Below, in pieces: positions 1-9,703 of a DNA stretch of 64,000 bases. Under the pieces are notes generated by a model. The model made no database searches, was not told the DNA's origin, and saw only the letters and a list, made by a program, of their open reading frames with translations. The position numbers and the translations under genes are program-made. This DNA comes from an uncultured Alphaproteobacteria bacterium. GTDB taxonomy: Bacteria > Pseudomonadota > Alphaproteobacteria > Rs-D84. Position 1 is the stretch's first letter, and every line of letters begins with the position of its first letter. The stretch covers positions 85,026 through 149,025 of the forward strand of contig CAMHTQ010000001.1 of NCBI GenBank assembly GCA_946188105.1, in the 5' to 3' direction.

Positions 1-1
1 A

Positions 2-1186
2 ACAATTTCTGCTAACAGCGACTCTGACATCGGAACAAAAATCGCCGATGCAATGGAACGCGTTGGCCGTGAAGGTGTTATCACCGTCGAAGAAGCCAAA
101 GGATTGGATACAGAAATTGATGTTGTCGAAGGTATGCAATTTGACCAAGGTTTCATGTCACCATACTTTGTCACAAACAGCGAAAAAATGTTGGCAGAAT
201 TGGACAACGCACAAATTTTGGTTTCTGAAAAGAAAATTTCCGGTTTGCAGGCATTATTGCCAATTTTGGAACCAATCGCTCAAAGTGGTCGTCCATTGTT
301 GATTATCGCCGAAGATGTCGAATCCGAAGCATTGGCAACATTGGTATTGAACCGTTTGCGTGGCGGATTAAAAGTATGTGCTGTCAAAGCCCCAGGTTTC
401 GGCGACAGACGTAAAGAGATGTTAAAAGATATCGCAGTAGTAACCGGTGCAACCGTTATCAGCGATGATATGGGAATGACATTTGAAAATATATCTATGG
501 ATGTATTGGGTTCTGCCAAGAAAGTTGTTGTCAGCAAAGATCACACCTTGTTGGCACATGGCGGTGGCGATTCTGCCCAGATTTCAGCACGTGCAGATGA
601 AATTCGCCAAACTTTATCCACAACAACCAGTGAATATGAACGTGAAAAATTGTCCGAGCGTTTAGCAAAATTAGTTGGTGGTGTCGCAGTTATCAAAGTT
701 GGTGGCATGACCGAGGTCGAGGTAAAAGAAAAGAAAGATCGTGTTGATGATGCATTGGCTGCAACACGTGCCGCAGTTGCCGAAGGCATTGTTGCCGGCG
801 GTGGTGTTGCATTGGTTCGTGCGGTTAATGCACTTGAAAAATTATCTGGCGAAAATACAGATCAAAATGTCGGAATTGATATTGTCCGTCGTGCCATTGT
901 TGCACCATGTGCACAAATCGCAGAAAATGCTGGTGTATCTGGCGAAATCGTTGTTGGCAAAGTGTCCGAGGCAAAAGATTACAATTTTGGATATAATGCC
1001 CAGACAGCTGAATATGTCGATATGATGAAAGCGGGTATTATCGACCCAGCCAAAGTTGTTAAAACTGCTATTTTGGCAGCATCCAGCACTGCGGGCGTCA
1101 TGTTAACAACCGGTGCGGTAATGTCAGAAATTCCAGAAGAAAAACCAGCACAACAAATGCCTGGTGGAATGCCTGGAATGATGTAA
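2..1186 (+). CDS. groL: Chaperonin GroEL, C-terminal ~395 aa; N-terminus lies upstream of the window
   Basis: In-frame translation from nt 2 gives [34 protein letters not shown]..., the canonical GroEL equatorial/apical sequence. It ends with the Gly-Met rich tail MPGGMPGMM. Confidence 0.95.
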   Translation, partial: TISANSDSDIGTKIADAMERVGREGVITVEEAKGLDTEIDVVEGMQFDQGFMSPYFVTNSEKMLAELDNAQILVSEKKISGLQALLPILEPIAQSGRPLLIIAEDVESEALATLVLNRLRGGLKVCAVKAPGFGDRRKEMLKDIAVVTGATVISDDMGMTFENISMDVLGSAKKVVVSKDHTLLAHGGGDSAQISARADEIRQTLSTTTSEYEREKLSERLAKLVGGVAVIKVGGMTEVEVKEKKDRVDDALAATRAAVAEGIVAGGGVALVRAVNALEKLSGENTDQNVGIDIVRRAIVAPCAQIAENAGVSGEIVVGKVSEAKDYNFGYNAQTAEYVDMMKAGIIDPAKVVKTAILAASSTAGVMLTTGAVMSEIPEEKPAQQMPGGMPGMM

Positions 1187-1200
1187 TAAAATATCACATA

Positions 1201-1232
1201 AAAAACACCGACCAAATGGTCGGTGTTTTTGT
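1201..1232. terminator. Rho-independent terminator after groEL
   Basis: Hairpin CACCGACC-AAAT-GGTCGGTG flanked by an A-run and a T-run; bidirectional. Confidence 0.7.
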
Positions 1233-1320
1233 TTGATAAAAAGCCTATTTATTGGTATAATACAGACATATTCAAAAGAAAATTACACTCGTTTTTTGCA
1301 AAAAACCAAGGAGTAAATTT

Positions 1321-1743
1321 ATGTCTATCATATCAAAAATAAAACAATATAAATTTCAAAAAGGTATTGTAAACCTTGTTGGAAATATGGCAAAGGATTC
1401 AGCATATAGCATCGAACACGATAAGCGCATTTCTAAAAGTGACGGGCTTCTTAGTGACCACAGACATAACAAGCCAGGAGTACACGTAACAAAAGAAACA
1501 CAATCCTATACAATAAAATCTAACGATGAAAAAACTGTGATTGAATTAACACAAGATTTTACTCGAGCTACCGGAAACGGCACCCGAGGAATTTACGTTT
1601 TAAATATTAACGGTAAAAGACAGCAAATTGATCAAAAAAGATTAGAAAAGTTGTTTCAATTAATACATAACCAAAAATCTGACGACAAAAAAACAAACAA
1701 TCCTGAACTTGCTGCTCTTTTACAGAAATATGTTCGTGAATAA
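1321..1743 (+). CDS. Hypothetical protein (140 aa), basic/hydrophilic
   Basis: ORF with AGGAG-like RBS (ccaaggagtaaatttATG). It is flanked on both sides by identical terminator hairpins. No recognisable domain. Confidence 0.5.
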   Translation: MSIISKIKQYKFQKGIVNLVGNMAKDSAYSIEHDKRISKSDGLLSDHRHNKPGVHVTKETQSYTIKSNDEKTVIELTQDFTRATGNGTRGIYVLNINGKRQQIDQKRLEKLFQLIHNQKSDDKKTNNPELAALLQKYVRE

Positions 1744-1777
1744 AAAACACCGACCAAATGGTCGGTGTTTTTTTATC
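1743..1777. terminator. Second, identical copy of the groEL terminator hairpin; serves the 1321 ORF (+) and adk (-)
   Basis: 31-nt exact repeat aaaaacaccgaccaaatggtcggtgttttt of 1201-1231, followed by a T-run. Confidence 0.7.
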
Positions 1778-2351
1778 TAGTTTTTATTCTTGCTGCTACC
1801 AGCATATTTTTCATTGTGTTATAGTTTTGGTCAATCGGTGCATCTTTGATTGGCACATCAATAAATTTTACATCTGGAACAATACTCAACCATTCAATAG
1901 CCGGCATAGTTTTAACAAAGAAACTGTCCAAACGACGTTGAACAACCGCAGCATCGTCATCATCGGCACGACCACCGCCCTCGGCAATACGTTGTTTAAT
2001 ACGTTTTTCCATCAAATCACGTGGAATATTCAAATACACAGCAATCAAATCAAATTTGTCAGCAAAAGTATCCACCAACCATTTTGCTTGGGACAACTGA
2101 CGTGGAAAACCATCCAACACAGTGTTATGTGTTGGTACAATTTTTTCCAACAACAATTTCTGCAAATCTTCATCAGGCACAAATTCGCCACGCGCCATAA
2201 TTGCCTTTAACGGATGATTATCAGGTAATGCACGCAACATAGCCCCAGTTTCAACATATTTAAAATCTTTATTTTCTTCTAAAAATTTTTTAGAAAGTGT
2301 CCCCTTACCAGACCCCTGGCCTCCCATCATTAAAATCAGGTCTTTTTTCAT
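1773..2351 (-). CDS. adk: Adenylate kinase
   Basis: P-loop GGQGSGKGT. Motifs LRAL...FVPDEDLQKLL, DGFPRQLSQAKWL and the LID-region R..DD match Adk. The start is set at the internal ATG (MKKDLILMMGG); the ORF-track 5' extension is not conserved. Confidence 0.88.
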   Translation of the reverse strand: MKKDLILMMGGQGSGKGTLSKKFLEENKDFKYVETGAMLRALPDNHPLKAIMARGEFVPDEDLQKLLLEKIVPTHNTVLDGFPRQLSQAKWLVDTFADKFDLIAVYLNIPRDLMEKRIKQRIAEGGGRADDDDAAVVQRRLDSFFVKTMPAIEWLSIVPDVKFIDVPIKDAPIDQNYNTMKNMLVAARIKTR

Positions 2352-2457
2352 ATTTCTTCCTTTTTTTTGCCCCTGCATTATAACCATATAAAACCATAAT
2401 ATCAACAAAAAATCCCGACATCTTGCCGGGATTTTTATTTCCATTGAAATCTGCAAA

Positions 2458-4146
2458 TTATTTTTTGCTGTTTTCAATTGCAGCACCCAAAATATCGCCC
2501 AAAACGGAACCAGAATCAGCTTCGTTCGAGAATTCTTTGACTGCTTGTTTTTCCAATGTTACCTGCAAATGACGGATAGACAATTTAACTGTATTGTCTT
2601 CAACGGAAACAACGGATGCTTCCACTGTATCACCGACTTTGTATTTGCTGGTATCTTGTTCTGATTTTTCACGAGACAAATCAGTGCGGCGGATAATACC
2701 TTTGGCATCACCAGCCAATGCAACAATCAATTCATCAGGTGTAATTTCGGAAACTGTTCCAGAAATCACAGCACCTTTTTTGATTGAAACGGCATTGTTT
2801 TCAGCACTTTCTGTCAATTGTTTAATACCCAATGTAACGCGTTCTTTTTCTGGATTGATATCCAAAATTTTTGCTGTTACTTCTTGGCCACGAACAAATT
2901 TCTTTAATTCTTCTTCGTCTAATTTATTCCAAGACAAATCAGAAATGTGAACCATTCCGTCCAAATCAGGTGTCAAAGCAATGAACAAACCAAATTCTGT
3001 TGTGTTCTTGATTGGACCTGTAACAACATCGCCAACATTGTGTGTTTCAGCAAATTGTTTCCATGGGTTTGGTTGCAATTGTTTATATCCCAAAGAAATA
3101 CGACGTTTTTCTTGGTCAATATCCAATACAACAACGTTGATTTCTTGGCCAACTGTCAAAACTTTGCTTGGGTGAATGTTCTTGTTTGTCCAAGACAATT
3201 CAGACATATGTACCAAACCTTCGATATTATTACCCAAATCGATAAATGCACCATAATCTGTTAATGATGCGACCTTGCCTGTTACTGTATCGCCAACATT
3301 GAATGCTCTGGATGCTTGTTCCCAAGGATCTTCTTCCAATTGTTTTGCACCCAATGAAATACGATGAGATTCAGGATCGAATTGAATAACTTTAACTTTG
3401 ATTTTATCACCGACATGAACCAATTCACGAGGATGATTAACACGTTTCCAAGACAAATCTGTAACGTGCAACAAACCGTCGATTCCGCCCAAATCAACAA
3501 ACACACCGTAATCAGTAATGTTTTTGACTGTGCCTTCTAATACTGCGCCCAATGAAATGTTTTTCATTGCTTCTTTTTGTGCAGCAGCAATTGTATCAGA
3601 TTGAATTGCACGACGAGAAACGATTGCATTTGTACGCAATGCATCCATTTTCAAAACGCGGAATTTATCTTTCAAACCAATCATAGATTTTGCATCACGA
3701 ACAGGTTTGTGGTCGATTTGTGATGATGGCATAAATGCAAATACACCGTTGATATCGACTGTATAACCACCACGAACGACATCGATAATTGTTCCTTCTG
3801 GATCTTGACCTTCGGCAACAATCTTTTCCAAATCTTTCCATGCTTTTTCAGCACGTGCCTTGGCATAAGATAATACAGCTGTACCTTCGCGAGATTCATA
3901 ACGTTCAACAAAAACGTCAATAATATCACCAACTGATGGAACAGATGCACCAAATTCTTTTAATGGAACACGACCTTCGGATTTCAAGCCCACATCAACC
4001 AAAACGAAATCACCGCGAATATCTTTCACAGTACCTTTGGTTGCGAAACCTTGTAAAGTTTCTTGGTTACCATAATTTTGGTCAAACATAGCGACAAAAT
4101 CTTCGCCTGCAACCGGATTAAATAAATCTTTGGATAAATCTTTCAT
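2458..4146 (-). CDS. rpsA: 30S ribosomal protein S1
   Basis: Six S1-domain repeats (G..V.G.V..I.D.G.FVD.G, V.V.VL..D....R.SLS). Start chosen at MKDLSKDLFNPVAG (ATG 4146). Confidence 0.92.
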   Translation of the reverse strand: MKDLSKDLFNPVAGEDFVAMFDQNYGNQETLQGFATKGTVKDIRGDFVLVDVGLKSEGRVPLKEFGASVPSVGDIIDVFVERYESREGTAVLSYAKARAEKAWKDLEKIVAEGQDPEGTIIDVVRGGYTVDINGVFAFMPSSQIDHKPVRDAKSMIGLKDKFRVLKMDALRTNAIVSRRAIQSDTIAAAQKEAMKNISLGAVLEGTVKNITDYGVFVDLGGIDGLLHVTDLSWKRVNHPRELVHVGDKIKVKVIQFDPESHRISLGAKQLEEDPWEQASRAFNVGDTVTGKVASLTDYGAFIDLGNNIEGLVHMSELSWTNKNIHPSKVLTVGQEINVVVLDIDQEKRRISLGYKQLQPNPWKQFAETHNVGDVVTGPIKNTTEFGLFIALTPDLDGMVHISDLSWNKLDEEELKKFVRGQEVTAKILDINPEKERVTLGIKQLTESAENNAVSIKKGAVISGTVSEITPDELIVALAGDAKGIIRRTDLSREKSEQDTSKYKVGDTVEASVVSVEDNTVKLSIRHLQVTLEKQAVKEFSNEADSGSVLGDILGAAIENSKK

Positions 4147-4346
4147 ATTTTTAGAATTAAACAAAGCTTGCCATATGCATCTTGTGATAAACACCAGATT
4201 TTACACAGGACTTGTGGGGTTCATCGGATGATTTCCACGCCCACCCGCGAAAATCAGGTCTATTTTATAGTAAGTTTTTGATAAATGCAAGAAAAACATT
4301 GCTTTTTTTGTTGTTTTTGCCAATATGACAAAGAAAGGAGTCCCCC

Positions 4347-4991
4347 ATGCCACATTATTACGATATAAAATATCCACACCTACAATATTCATATTCCGAA
4401 GGAACCATGTGTTCTGTACCTCCAAAACTGTTGGCATCTGTATACAAGTCGCATTATGGGAAAAAGCCAAAAACATTTTTTGATTGTGGTGCTGCATGCG
4501 GTGCAATTGTAAAAATGGCATTAGATTACGGTATGGATGCACGCGGCATAGACATAAAAACATACTCTGACACCTATTCCAGCCGTATTGTACATTGGGA
4601 TAATGGTCATCTGAGGGTAAAATATATCGGCAACAACCTGCCTCAATTAATTTCCAGTGGCCGAATTCAAATTAAATCTATTTTAGATTGCAAACCCATA
4701 AAGGCAGATTTGGTTTATTGTAATGGAATATTAACCTATTTCGACGAACCGACATTGGAAACCGTTTTAGGTAAATTCCAAAATACAAATATGATTTGTG
4801 CAATTCATAATACAACCGAAGATTATAATATCGCCAGACAAATGGGACAAGAATTAGGCACATGCCAAGAATTAAAAACAATCCAGCCAAACGATTGGTG
4901 GATTGAAAAATTTAATCAAAATGGATTTGATGCAAAATTCAATCATTGGTTACGTTGTTTTGTCGCGATTCCGCAAAGAGAAAGAACTTGA
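4347..4991 (+). CDS. Class I SAM-dependent methyltransferase (small-molecule/protein MTase type)
   Basis: Motif I FFDCGAACGAIV and motif II/III region ADLVYCNGILTYFDEPTLETVLGKF. RBS aaaggagtcccccATG. Confidence 0.55.
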   Translation: MPHYYDIKYPHLQYSYSEGTMCSVPPKLLASVYKSHYGKKPKTFFDCGAACGAIVKMALDYGMDARGIDIKTYSDTYSSRIVHWDNGHLRVKYIGNNLPQLISSGRIQIKSILDCKPIKADLVYCNGILTYFDEPTLETVLGKFQNTNMICAIHNTTEDYNIARQMGQELGTCQELKTIQPNDWWIEKFNQNGFDAKFNHWLRCFVAIPQRERT

Positions 4992-5039
4992 TTTTACCCA
5001 GTGGTCTGTTAGCATAATTTGTAAAGAAAGGAGTTGCTT

Positions 5040-5204
5040 ATGGCTTTTGGAACAGCGGTCCAAGTTGGGAACCAAATAATCATCACCAGTCAAAGTGGCT
5101 GTGTTACTCGTGTTTTTGACGGTCGTTTAATCAGTTATATTAACGGTACATTAACATATATTCCTACAAATGCTAGCAAGGTTGAAACATATGTCGGTGT
5201 ATAA
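5040..5204 (+). CDS. Small hypothetical protein (54 aa), below the ORF-track cutoff
   Basis: ATG at 5040 preceded by AAAGGAG at -7. Translation MAFGTAVQVGNQIIITSQSGCVTRVFDGRLISYINGTLTYIPTNASKVETYVGV. Stop TAA 5202-5204 is 3 nt before the 5208 ATG, indicating translational coupling. Confidence 0.4.
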   Translation: MAFGTAVQVGNQIIITSQSGCVTRVFDGRLISYINGTLTYIPTNASKVETYVGV

Positions 5205-5207
5205 GCA

Positions 5208-5906
5208 ATGCAAGAACGACCATATATATTATTAATGAAACACATAGCAACCTCGTGGTTTCGGGAACTGGGGTATGACGGATTTCATATGATTGTTCCA
5301 TCTGAATTACCGTCCAGATTCCAAGTTTTGTGCAATACAAAGACAAAATTAACACTATCTAATCCGAAAACAGACAAATTAAGTTTGCAACGCACCTATC
5401 CTGATTACGATATATTTTATCTGAATATATTAAGCGAAGATTTTGACCTGGAATCATCGGATATGCCGCCAAACCCAAATAATTATTACCAAGAATATCC
5501 AACCATTGCCGATTTTGATTTAAGTGATAGCCCCAGCAACGTAGTCGCATTTGTATGCGTTCCAAAAAACGATGCTGATTATGTCAAAGACCCAGCCGAC
5601 AGATTGGCTTTTGTAAAATTTACATTGGATCATTTGTTTAACAGATACCAAAGTTGGTGGTTAATCATCACAGACCAAACCGATAAAACACATAAAATTT
5701 TAGACAGCCACGGCGTCGCATTCCAAGGTGCATTTGATTCTGATACAGAAGAATGGTTCACAATGATTATGAAGAAATATGGCATAACCACATCGGAAAT
5801 AAACGAGGCAAAATCACTTATACAACTTAATAAAATACCAGACAAAAGCTTTTTCAAAATATCGCCAAATTCAGATTCAAAAAAACCTAACCAACCATAT
5901 GTATAA
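5208..5906 (+). CDS. Hypothetical protein (232 aa)
   Basis: ORF tightly linked to the flanking genes in the same orientation. No recognisable motif. Confidence 0.5.
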   Translation: MQERPYILLMKHIATSWFRELGYDGFHMIVPSELPSRFQVLCNTKTKLTLSNPKTDKLSLQRTYPDYDIFYLNILSEDFDLESSDMPPNPNNYYQEYPTIADFDLSDSPSNVVAFVCVPKNDADYVKDPADRLAFVKFTLDHLFNRYQSWWLIITDQTDKTHKILDSHGVAFQGAFDSDTEEWFTMIMKKYGITTSEINEAKSLIQLNKIPDKSFFKISPNSDSKKPNQPYV

Positions 5907-5923
5907 ACCCAAGGAGTTGTAAA

Positions 5924-6394
5924 ATGACATCCGACACACAAACACAAGCAACACTACCTATTACAATTGGAAATTTACATACAATCAAGCATATTTTAAT
6001 CACTGGTAATACCGGCACAGGCAAAACCACACTTTTAAAATCTATTCTAGGTTCTATTGAATCCCAGCCCCAGACAACAAATTGCAAAATTGTATTAATT
6101 GATACCAAAGATTACGATTTTAACGGTTTTTCATCAAAATATTTATCTGTTCCTGTTATCACAGACACCCACAAAGCAACCGGATATTTAAATCAAATCA
6201 GCACTCCAGATGAAAATACCATTATCATAATTGATGAATTATCTGATTTAATAGCGATTCAACCAAACATTCAACACACACTTGTTGATTTGGCACAAAA
6301 TCAGAAAATTCACATTATTGCAGCCACACGCAGATACGACCTGCTGTTACCAGAATTTGTAAATATTTTTCCAATTCGTTTATCATTTAAATAA
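5924..6394 (+). CDS. FtsK/SpoIIIE-family P-loop ATPase core, truncated (156 aa)
   Basis: Walker A ITGNTGTGKTTLLKS, Walker B IIIIDELSDLI, and HIIAATRRYD...IFPIRLSFK, which corresponds to FtsK LVLATQRPS...IPTRIAF. About half the size of a full motor domain. Confidence 0.55.
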   Translation: MTSDTQTQATLPITIGNLHTIKHILITGNTGTGKTTLLKSILGSIESQPQTTNCKIVLIDTKDYDFNGFSSKYLSVPVITDTHKATGYLNQISTPDENTIIIIDELSDLIAIQPNIQHTLVDLAQNQKIHIIAATRRYDLLLPEFVNIFPIRLSFK

Positions 6395-6410
6395 AATTTG
6401 GTAAATACCC

Positions 6411-7079
6411 ATGAACGAAAAATTATTTTCTAAAAACTGGTTTAATGATTTAGACGCAAAATTGCGTTCAGCAGGATTGGATAGCGATGATAAATCTTTT
6501 GATGAAATCAAAGAGATTTTAAGCACTCGCAAGGTATTATCACCTGATGAATTTGCATCTGCTGTTGCATATGTAATATTGGCTGGCGGATTTTCTCAAA
6601 AAACAGCAAAAAAGATTCATCGCATAATAATGGATATATTGCCAACCAACCCCACACCCCAGGATTTATTACAAATATTCAATAATAAAAATAAAATAAA
6701 TGCGATTGTTAAAATCTGGGATAACCGGAACACATTCTGCAACGAATATTATAAAATCAACGAATTATCAGAAAAATTGGCTTATCTGGAAACATTACCA
6801 CATATTGGAAAAATTACGGCTAATCATTTGGCCAGAAATTTAGGGGAAAATTTGGTCAAATATGATATTTGGATTCAACGACTGGGGGTATTATACAGTG
6901 GCAACCCAGATTTATATAAAAAAATAGATAACGCAAAATTAAACCCTGAAATAAAACAAGTTTGTGACGATATGTTCGATCACCTGATACAAGAAACCGG
7001 ATTACCACGTGGCTATATCGATGTTGTGCTGTTCAAAGCATGCCAAAACAATTTGATTGATGTAAAACAAGGGGCTTAA
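6411..7079 (+). CDS. HhH-GPD superfamily (AlkA/EndoIII-like) DNA glycosylase-like protein
   Basis: Helix-hairpin-helix LPHIGKITANHLARNLG followed by the Asp-containing segment KYDIWIQRLG (pattern LPGIG.kTA..L...LG...D). Short (222 aa) and divergent. Confidence 0.4.
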   Translation: MNEKLFSKNWFNDLDAKLRSAGLDSDDKSFDEIKEILSTRKVLSPDEFASAVAYVILAGGFSQKTAKKIHRIIMDILPTNPTPQDLLQIFNNKNKINAIVKIWDNRNTFCNEYYKINELSEKLAYLETLPHIGKITANHLARNLGENLVKYDIWIQRLGVLYSGNPDLYKKIDNAKLNPEIKQVCDDMFDHLIQETGLPRGYIDVVLFKACQNNLIDVKQGA

Positions 7080-7100
7080 TTTTAAGCCCCTTATTTTTTA
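7069..7100. terminator. Rho-independent terminator (bidirectional) between the HhH gene and tig
   Basis: AAGGGGCTTAATTTTAAGCCCCTT hairpin followed by TATTTTTTATTTT. Confidence 0.7.
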
Positions 7101-7115
7101 TTTTATAAACCAAAA

Positions 7116-8438
7116 TTATTTCACTTCGGCTTGTTTGAACAAATCATCTGCTTTCACAGCTTTTTCTTTTACTTTCACAGACTTCAACATTTCATCCAAT
7201 GCCTTGCGTTCAAACAACATACCTCTTAACATTGCCAAAGCATTTGGATTTTTGTTGTAAAATTCAAACACTTGTTTTGGTTCTGGGTATCTGGATGCCT
7301 CGGCCCAGATGGCTTGTTGCAAATCGTCACGAGTGACTTCGACTTTGTTTTTATTGCCCCACTCTGCCAAAACCAAGCCCAATTTAACGCGACGTTCTGC
7401 TTCTTTTTTCTCGGCTTTTTCATCCCATTTGCATTCGTCTTTGCATTTGCTTTTGTCTTCGCAATGACAATGAGCATGTTGACGTTCGTGTTCTTGTTTT
7501 GCCATTTCTAATTCTTGGGCGACCAAGTTTTCTGGTAAGTCCAATTTAACTTTTTCAGCCAAAACATCTAACAAATCATTACGCATTGCACGTTGAGATG
7601 CATCAGCATATTGTTCGTTCAAAATATCACGAATATGTTCTTTCAATTTATCAACAGTATCGAAACCAACAGTTTTTGCCAATTCATCGTTCAATTCTGG
7701 CAAAACGTGTTTGCGAACTTCGTGCAAAACGGTTTCGAATCTGGCTTCTTTGCCGGCTAAATTTTCTGCATGATAATCTTTTGGAAAGCTTACCTTGACA
7801 TCAAATTTATCGCCTGCTTTGTGTCCGATAATTTGGTCTTCGAATCCTGGGATAAATGCACCAGAACCCAAAATCAAATGATGTTTTTTAGCCTCGCCAC
7901 CTTCGAAAGCAGTATCACCAATAAAGCCTTTGAAATCGATGACAGCGGTATCGCCATCTTTGGCCTTGTATTTTTCGTCTTGTTTTTCTGCGACACTGCG
8001 ACTGCGACGAATATTTTCCAATGCTTTTTCAACTTCCTTTTCATCCAATGTTGCAACAGGTTTTGTTACACTGAATTTAGTCAAATCAAACTCTGGCAAT
8101 TCTGGCAAAATATCAAATTCCAATGTGTATTCTACATCTTTACCCATTTCCCAACCTGGCAAATCTGCCTTTGGACTGCCTGCCAAACGAATTTTCTTTT
8201 CATCCAAATAAGCATTTAAATCTGTGTTCATCAATTTATCAATCGCCTCGCCATATGCAGAAGCATTGTATTTTTGACGCAATACAGAAAGAGGAATATG
8301 ACCAGCACGAAAACCCGGCATTTTTGCAGTTTTACCATATTCCATTAAAATTTCATCAGCCGCTTTTTGCAAATCATCAGCAGCAATTACACCATTGACA
8401 ACATAATGTAAATCTTTAATTTTTTCTTTTTTAAACAT
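7116..8438 (-). CDS. tig: Trigger factor (ribosome-associated PPIase chaperone)
   Basis: N-terminal ribosome-binding region ..GFRAGHIPLSVLRQKYN and an FKBP-like central domain. Carries an unusual His/Cys/Lys-rich insertion HERQHAHCHCEDKSKCKDECKWDEK. Confidence 0.88.
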   Translation of the reverse strand: MFKKEKIKDLHYVVNGVIAADDLQKAADEILMEYGKTAKMPGFRAGHIPLSVLRQKYNASAYGEAIDKLMNTDLNAYLDEKKIRLAGSPKADLPGWEMGKDVEYTLEFDILPELPEFDLTKFSVTKPVATLDEKEVEKALENIRRSRSVAEKQDEKYKAKDGDTAVIDFKGFIGDTAFEGGEAKKHHLILGSGAFIPGFEDQIIGHKAGDKFDVKVSFPKDYHAENLAGKEARFETVLHEVRKHVLPELNDELAKTVGFDTVDKLKEHIRDILNEQYADASQRAMRNDLLDVLAEKVKLDLPENLVAQELEMAKQEHERQHAHCHCEDKSKCKDECKWDEKAEKKEAERRVKLGLVLAEWGNKNKVEVTRDDLQQAIWAEASRYPEPKQVFEFYNKNPNALAMLRGMLFERKALDEMLKSVKVKEKAVKADDLFKQAEVK

Positions 8439-8526
8439 ATGGAATCCTTTAAGTATTTTTTTGCCAACACAGTATAAACCATTTTTTCACAAACGCAACA
8501 TAAAGTTATACAGAAATATTATCCTA

Positions 8527-8556
8527 TAAAAAATCCCCTGGGTTCCAGGGGATTGA
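8527..8556. terminator. Terminator downstream of rpsI
   Basis: ATCCCCTGG-GTTC-CAGGGGAT hairpin with flanking A/T runs. Confidence 0.65.
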
Positions 8557-8577
8557 ATACAAAATTCTGCACAACGA

Positions 8578-9084
8578 TTAACGTTTGCTGAACTGAGTAG
8601 AACGACGTGCCTTGCGAACACCATAGTGTTTACGTTCAACAACACGGCTATCGCGAGTCAAGAATCCAGCGGCCTTTAATACAGCACGCAATTCTGGTTC
8701 ACGTTTTTCTAATGCTTTTGAAATACCATGTTTAACAGCACCAGCCTGACCTGATAAACCACCGCCAGACACAAAAGCGACGATATCATATTCAGTTTCG
8801 CGTTTTGCAACACCAAATGGTTGTGCAATAATCATCTGCAACACAGGACGACGGAAATATGTAGCCATCGCAACACCGTTCACAGTGATATTACCTTTAC
8901 CTGGCAACATATATACGCGAGCAACAGAATCTTTACGTTTTCCGGTTGCGTATGTTGCGCCATTCAATTTAACATCTGCAGCAACTGCCTTTGTGGTGGC
9001 CTTTGGTGCAGCTTTAACAGTTTTCGCAGCAGTTGCTTTTTTTGCAGCTGGCTTTTTTGCAGTTGTCTTTTTTGCTTCTGTCAT
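8578..9084 (-). CDS. rpsI: 30S ribosomal protein S9 with a ~40-aa Lys/Ala-rich N-terminal extension
   Basis: Core [23 protein letters not shown]...[15 protein letters not shown] matches S9. The N-terminal extension [28 protein letters not shown].. is histone-H1-like. Confidence 0.9.
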   Translation of the reverse strand: MTEAKKTTAKKPAAKKATAAKTVKAAPKATTKAVAADVKLNGATYATGKRKDSVARVYMLPGKGNITVNGVAMATYFRRPVLQMIIAQPFGVAKRETEYDIVAFVSGGGLSGQAGAVKHGISKALEKREPELRAVLKAAGFLTRDSRVVERKHYGVRKARRSTQFSKR

Positions 9085-9087
9085 ATC

Positions 9088-9558
9088 TTAGCCTCTTTTG
9101 TTCTTTGGATTCAGGCTTGCAAAATCAATCACAACTGGATTTTGCGCACTGTGTTTATGTTCTGCACCAGCATATACGTGCAATTTTGTCAAACGTTTAT
9201 CAGCCAATGCAACTGTGGTTCTGCGACCCATCATGCGTTTCACAGCATTTTTAACCAATAATTCTGGTTTTTGTTCACGCATTTGACCCAATGTGCGTTC
9301 TTTCAAACTGCCGGTCCAAGCAGAGTGCCAATAAAATTTATCTTTATCTGCTTTATGGCCAGAAAGTGCAACCTTGGATGCATTAATAATGATAACATGA
9401 TCACCACAATCCAAATTTGGTGTCCATGTTGGCTTGTTTTTACCGCGCAGGATGTTTGCAGTATATGCCGCCAAACGTCCCAAAGTGCAGTCAGTTGCAT
9501 CAATCAGATACCATTTAGATTCTAATTCGCAACCTTTCAAGGATTTTGTTGCTACCAT
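9088..9558 (-). CDS. rplM: 50S ribosomal protein L13
   Basis: WYLIDATDCTLGRLA...KPTWTP..DCGDHVIIINA; located 3 nt upstream of rpsI. Confidence 0.92.
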   Translation of the reverse strand: MVATKSLKGCELESKWYLIDATDCTLGRLAAYTANILRGKNKPTWTPNLDCGDHVIIINASKVALSGHKADKDKFYWHSAWTGSLKERTLGQMREQKPELLVKNAVKRMMGRRTTVALADKRLTKLHVYAGAEHKHSAQNPVVIDFASLNPKNKRG

Positions 9559-9703
9559 TTTTTAACCTTTTGTTTTATTTTGAACGGGGTTATTATGTCT
9601 CAACCTATTGGAAAAGTCAAGAAAATTTGATACGGTAAAATAATACCACACATAATTTATAAAAAATCGCCATTAAAAATTAATGACGACTTTTTATTTT
9701 TTC

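Noticed and set aside
2351-2486. 5' extension of adk (ORF track starts 45 codons upstream); similar extensions on rpsA, ctpA, PFOR, recO, cdnL, the 9704 lipoprotein, amiC and the tail-operon genes
   Set aside because: The upstream extensions have no RBS, run through terminators or the preceding gene's 3' repeat, and the conserved N-termini/signal peptides begin at internal ATGs with good SD sequences.
7770-8219. 149-aa ORF antisense to tig (and similar antisense ORFs in rpsB, msbA, PFOR, polA, the 45424 gene)
   Set aside because: They lie entirely within well-supported genes on the opposite strand, have low-complexity composition and lack RBS; typical AT-rich antisense ORFs.
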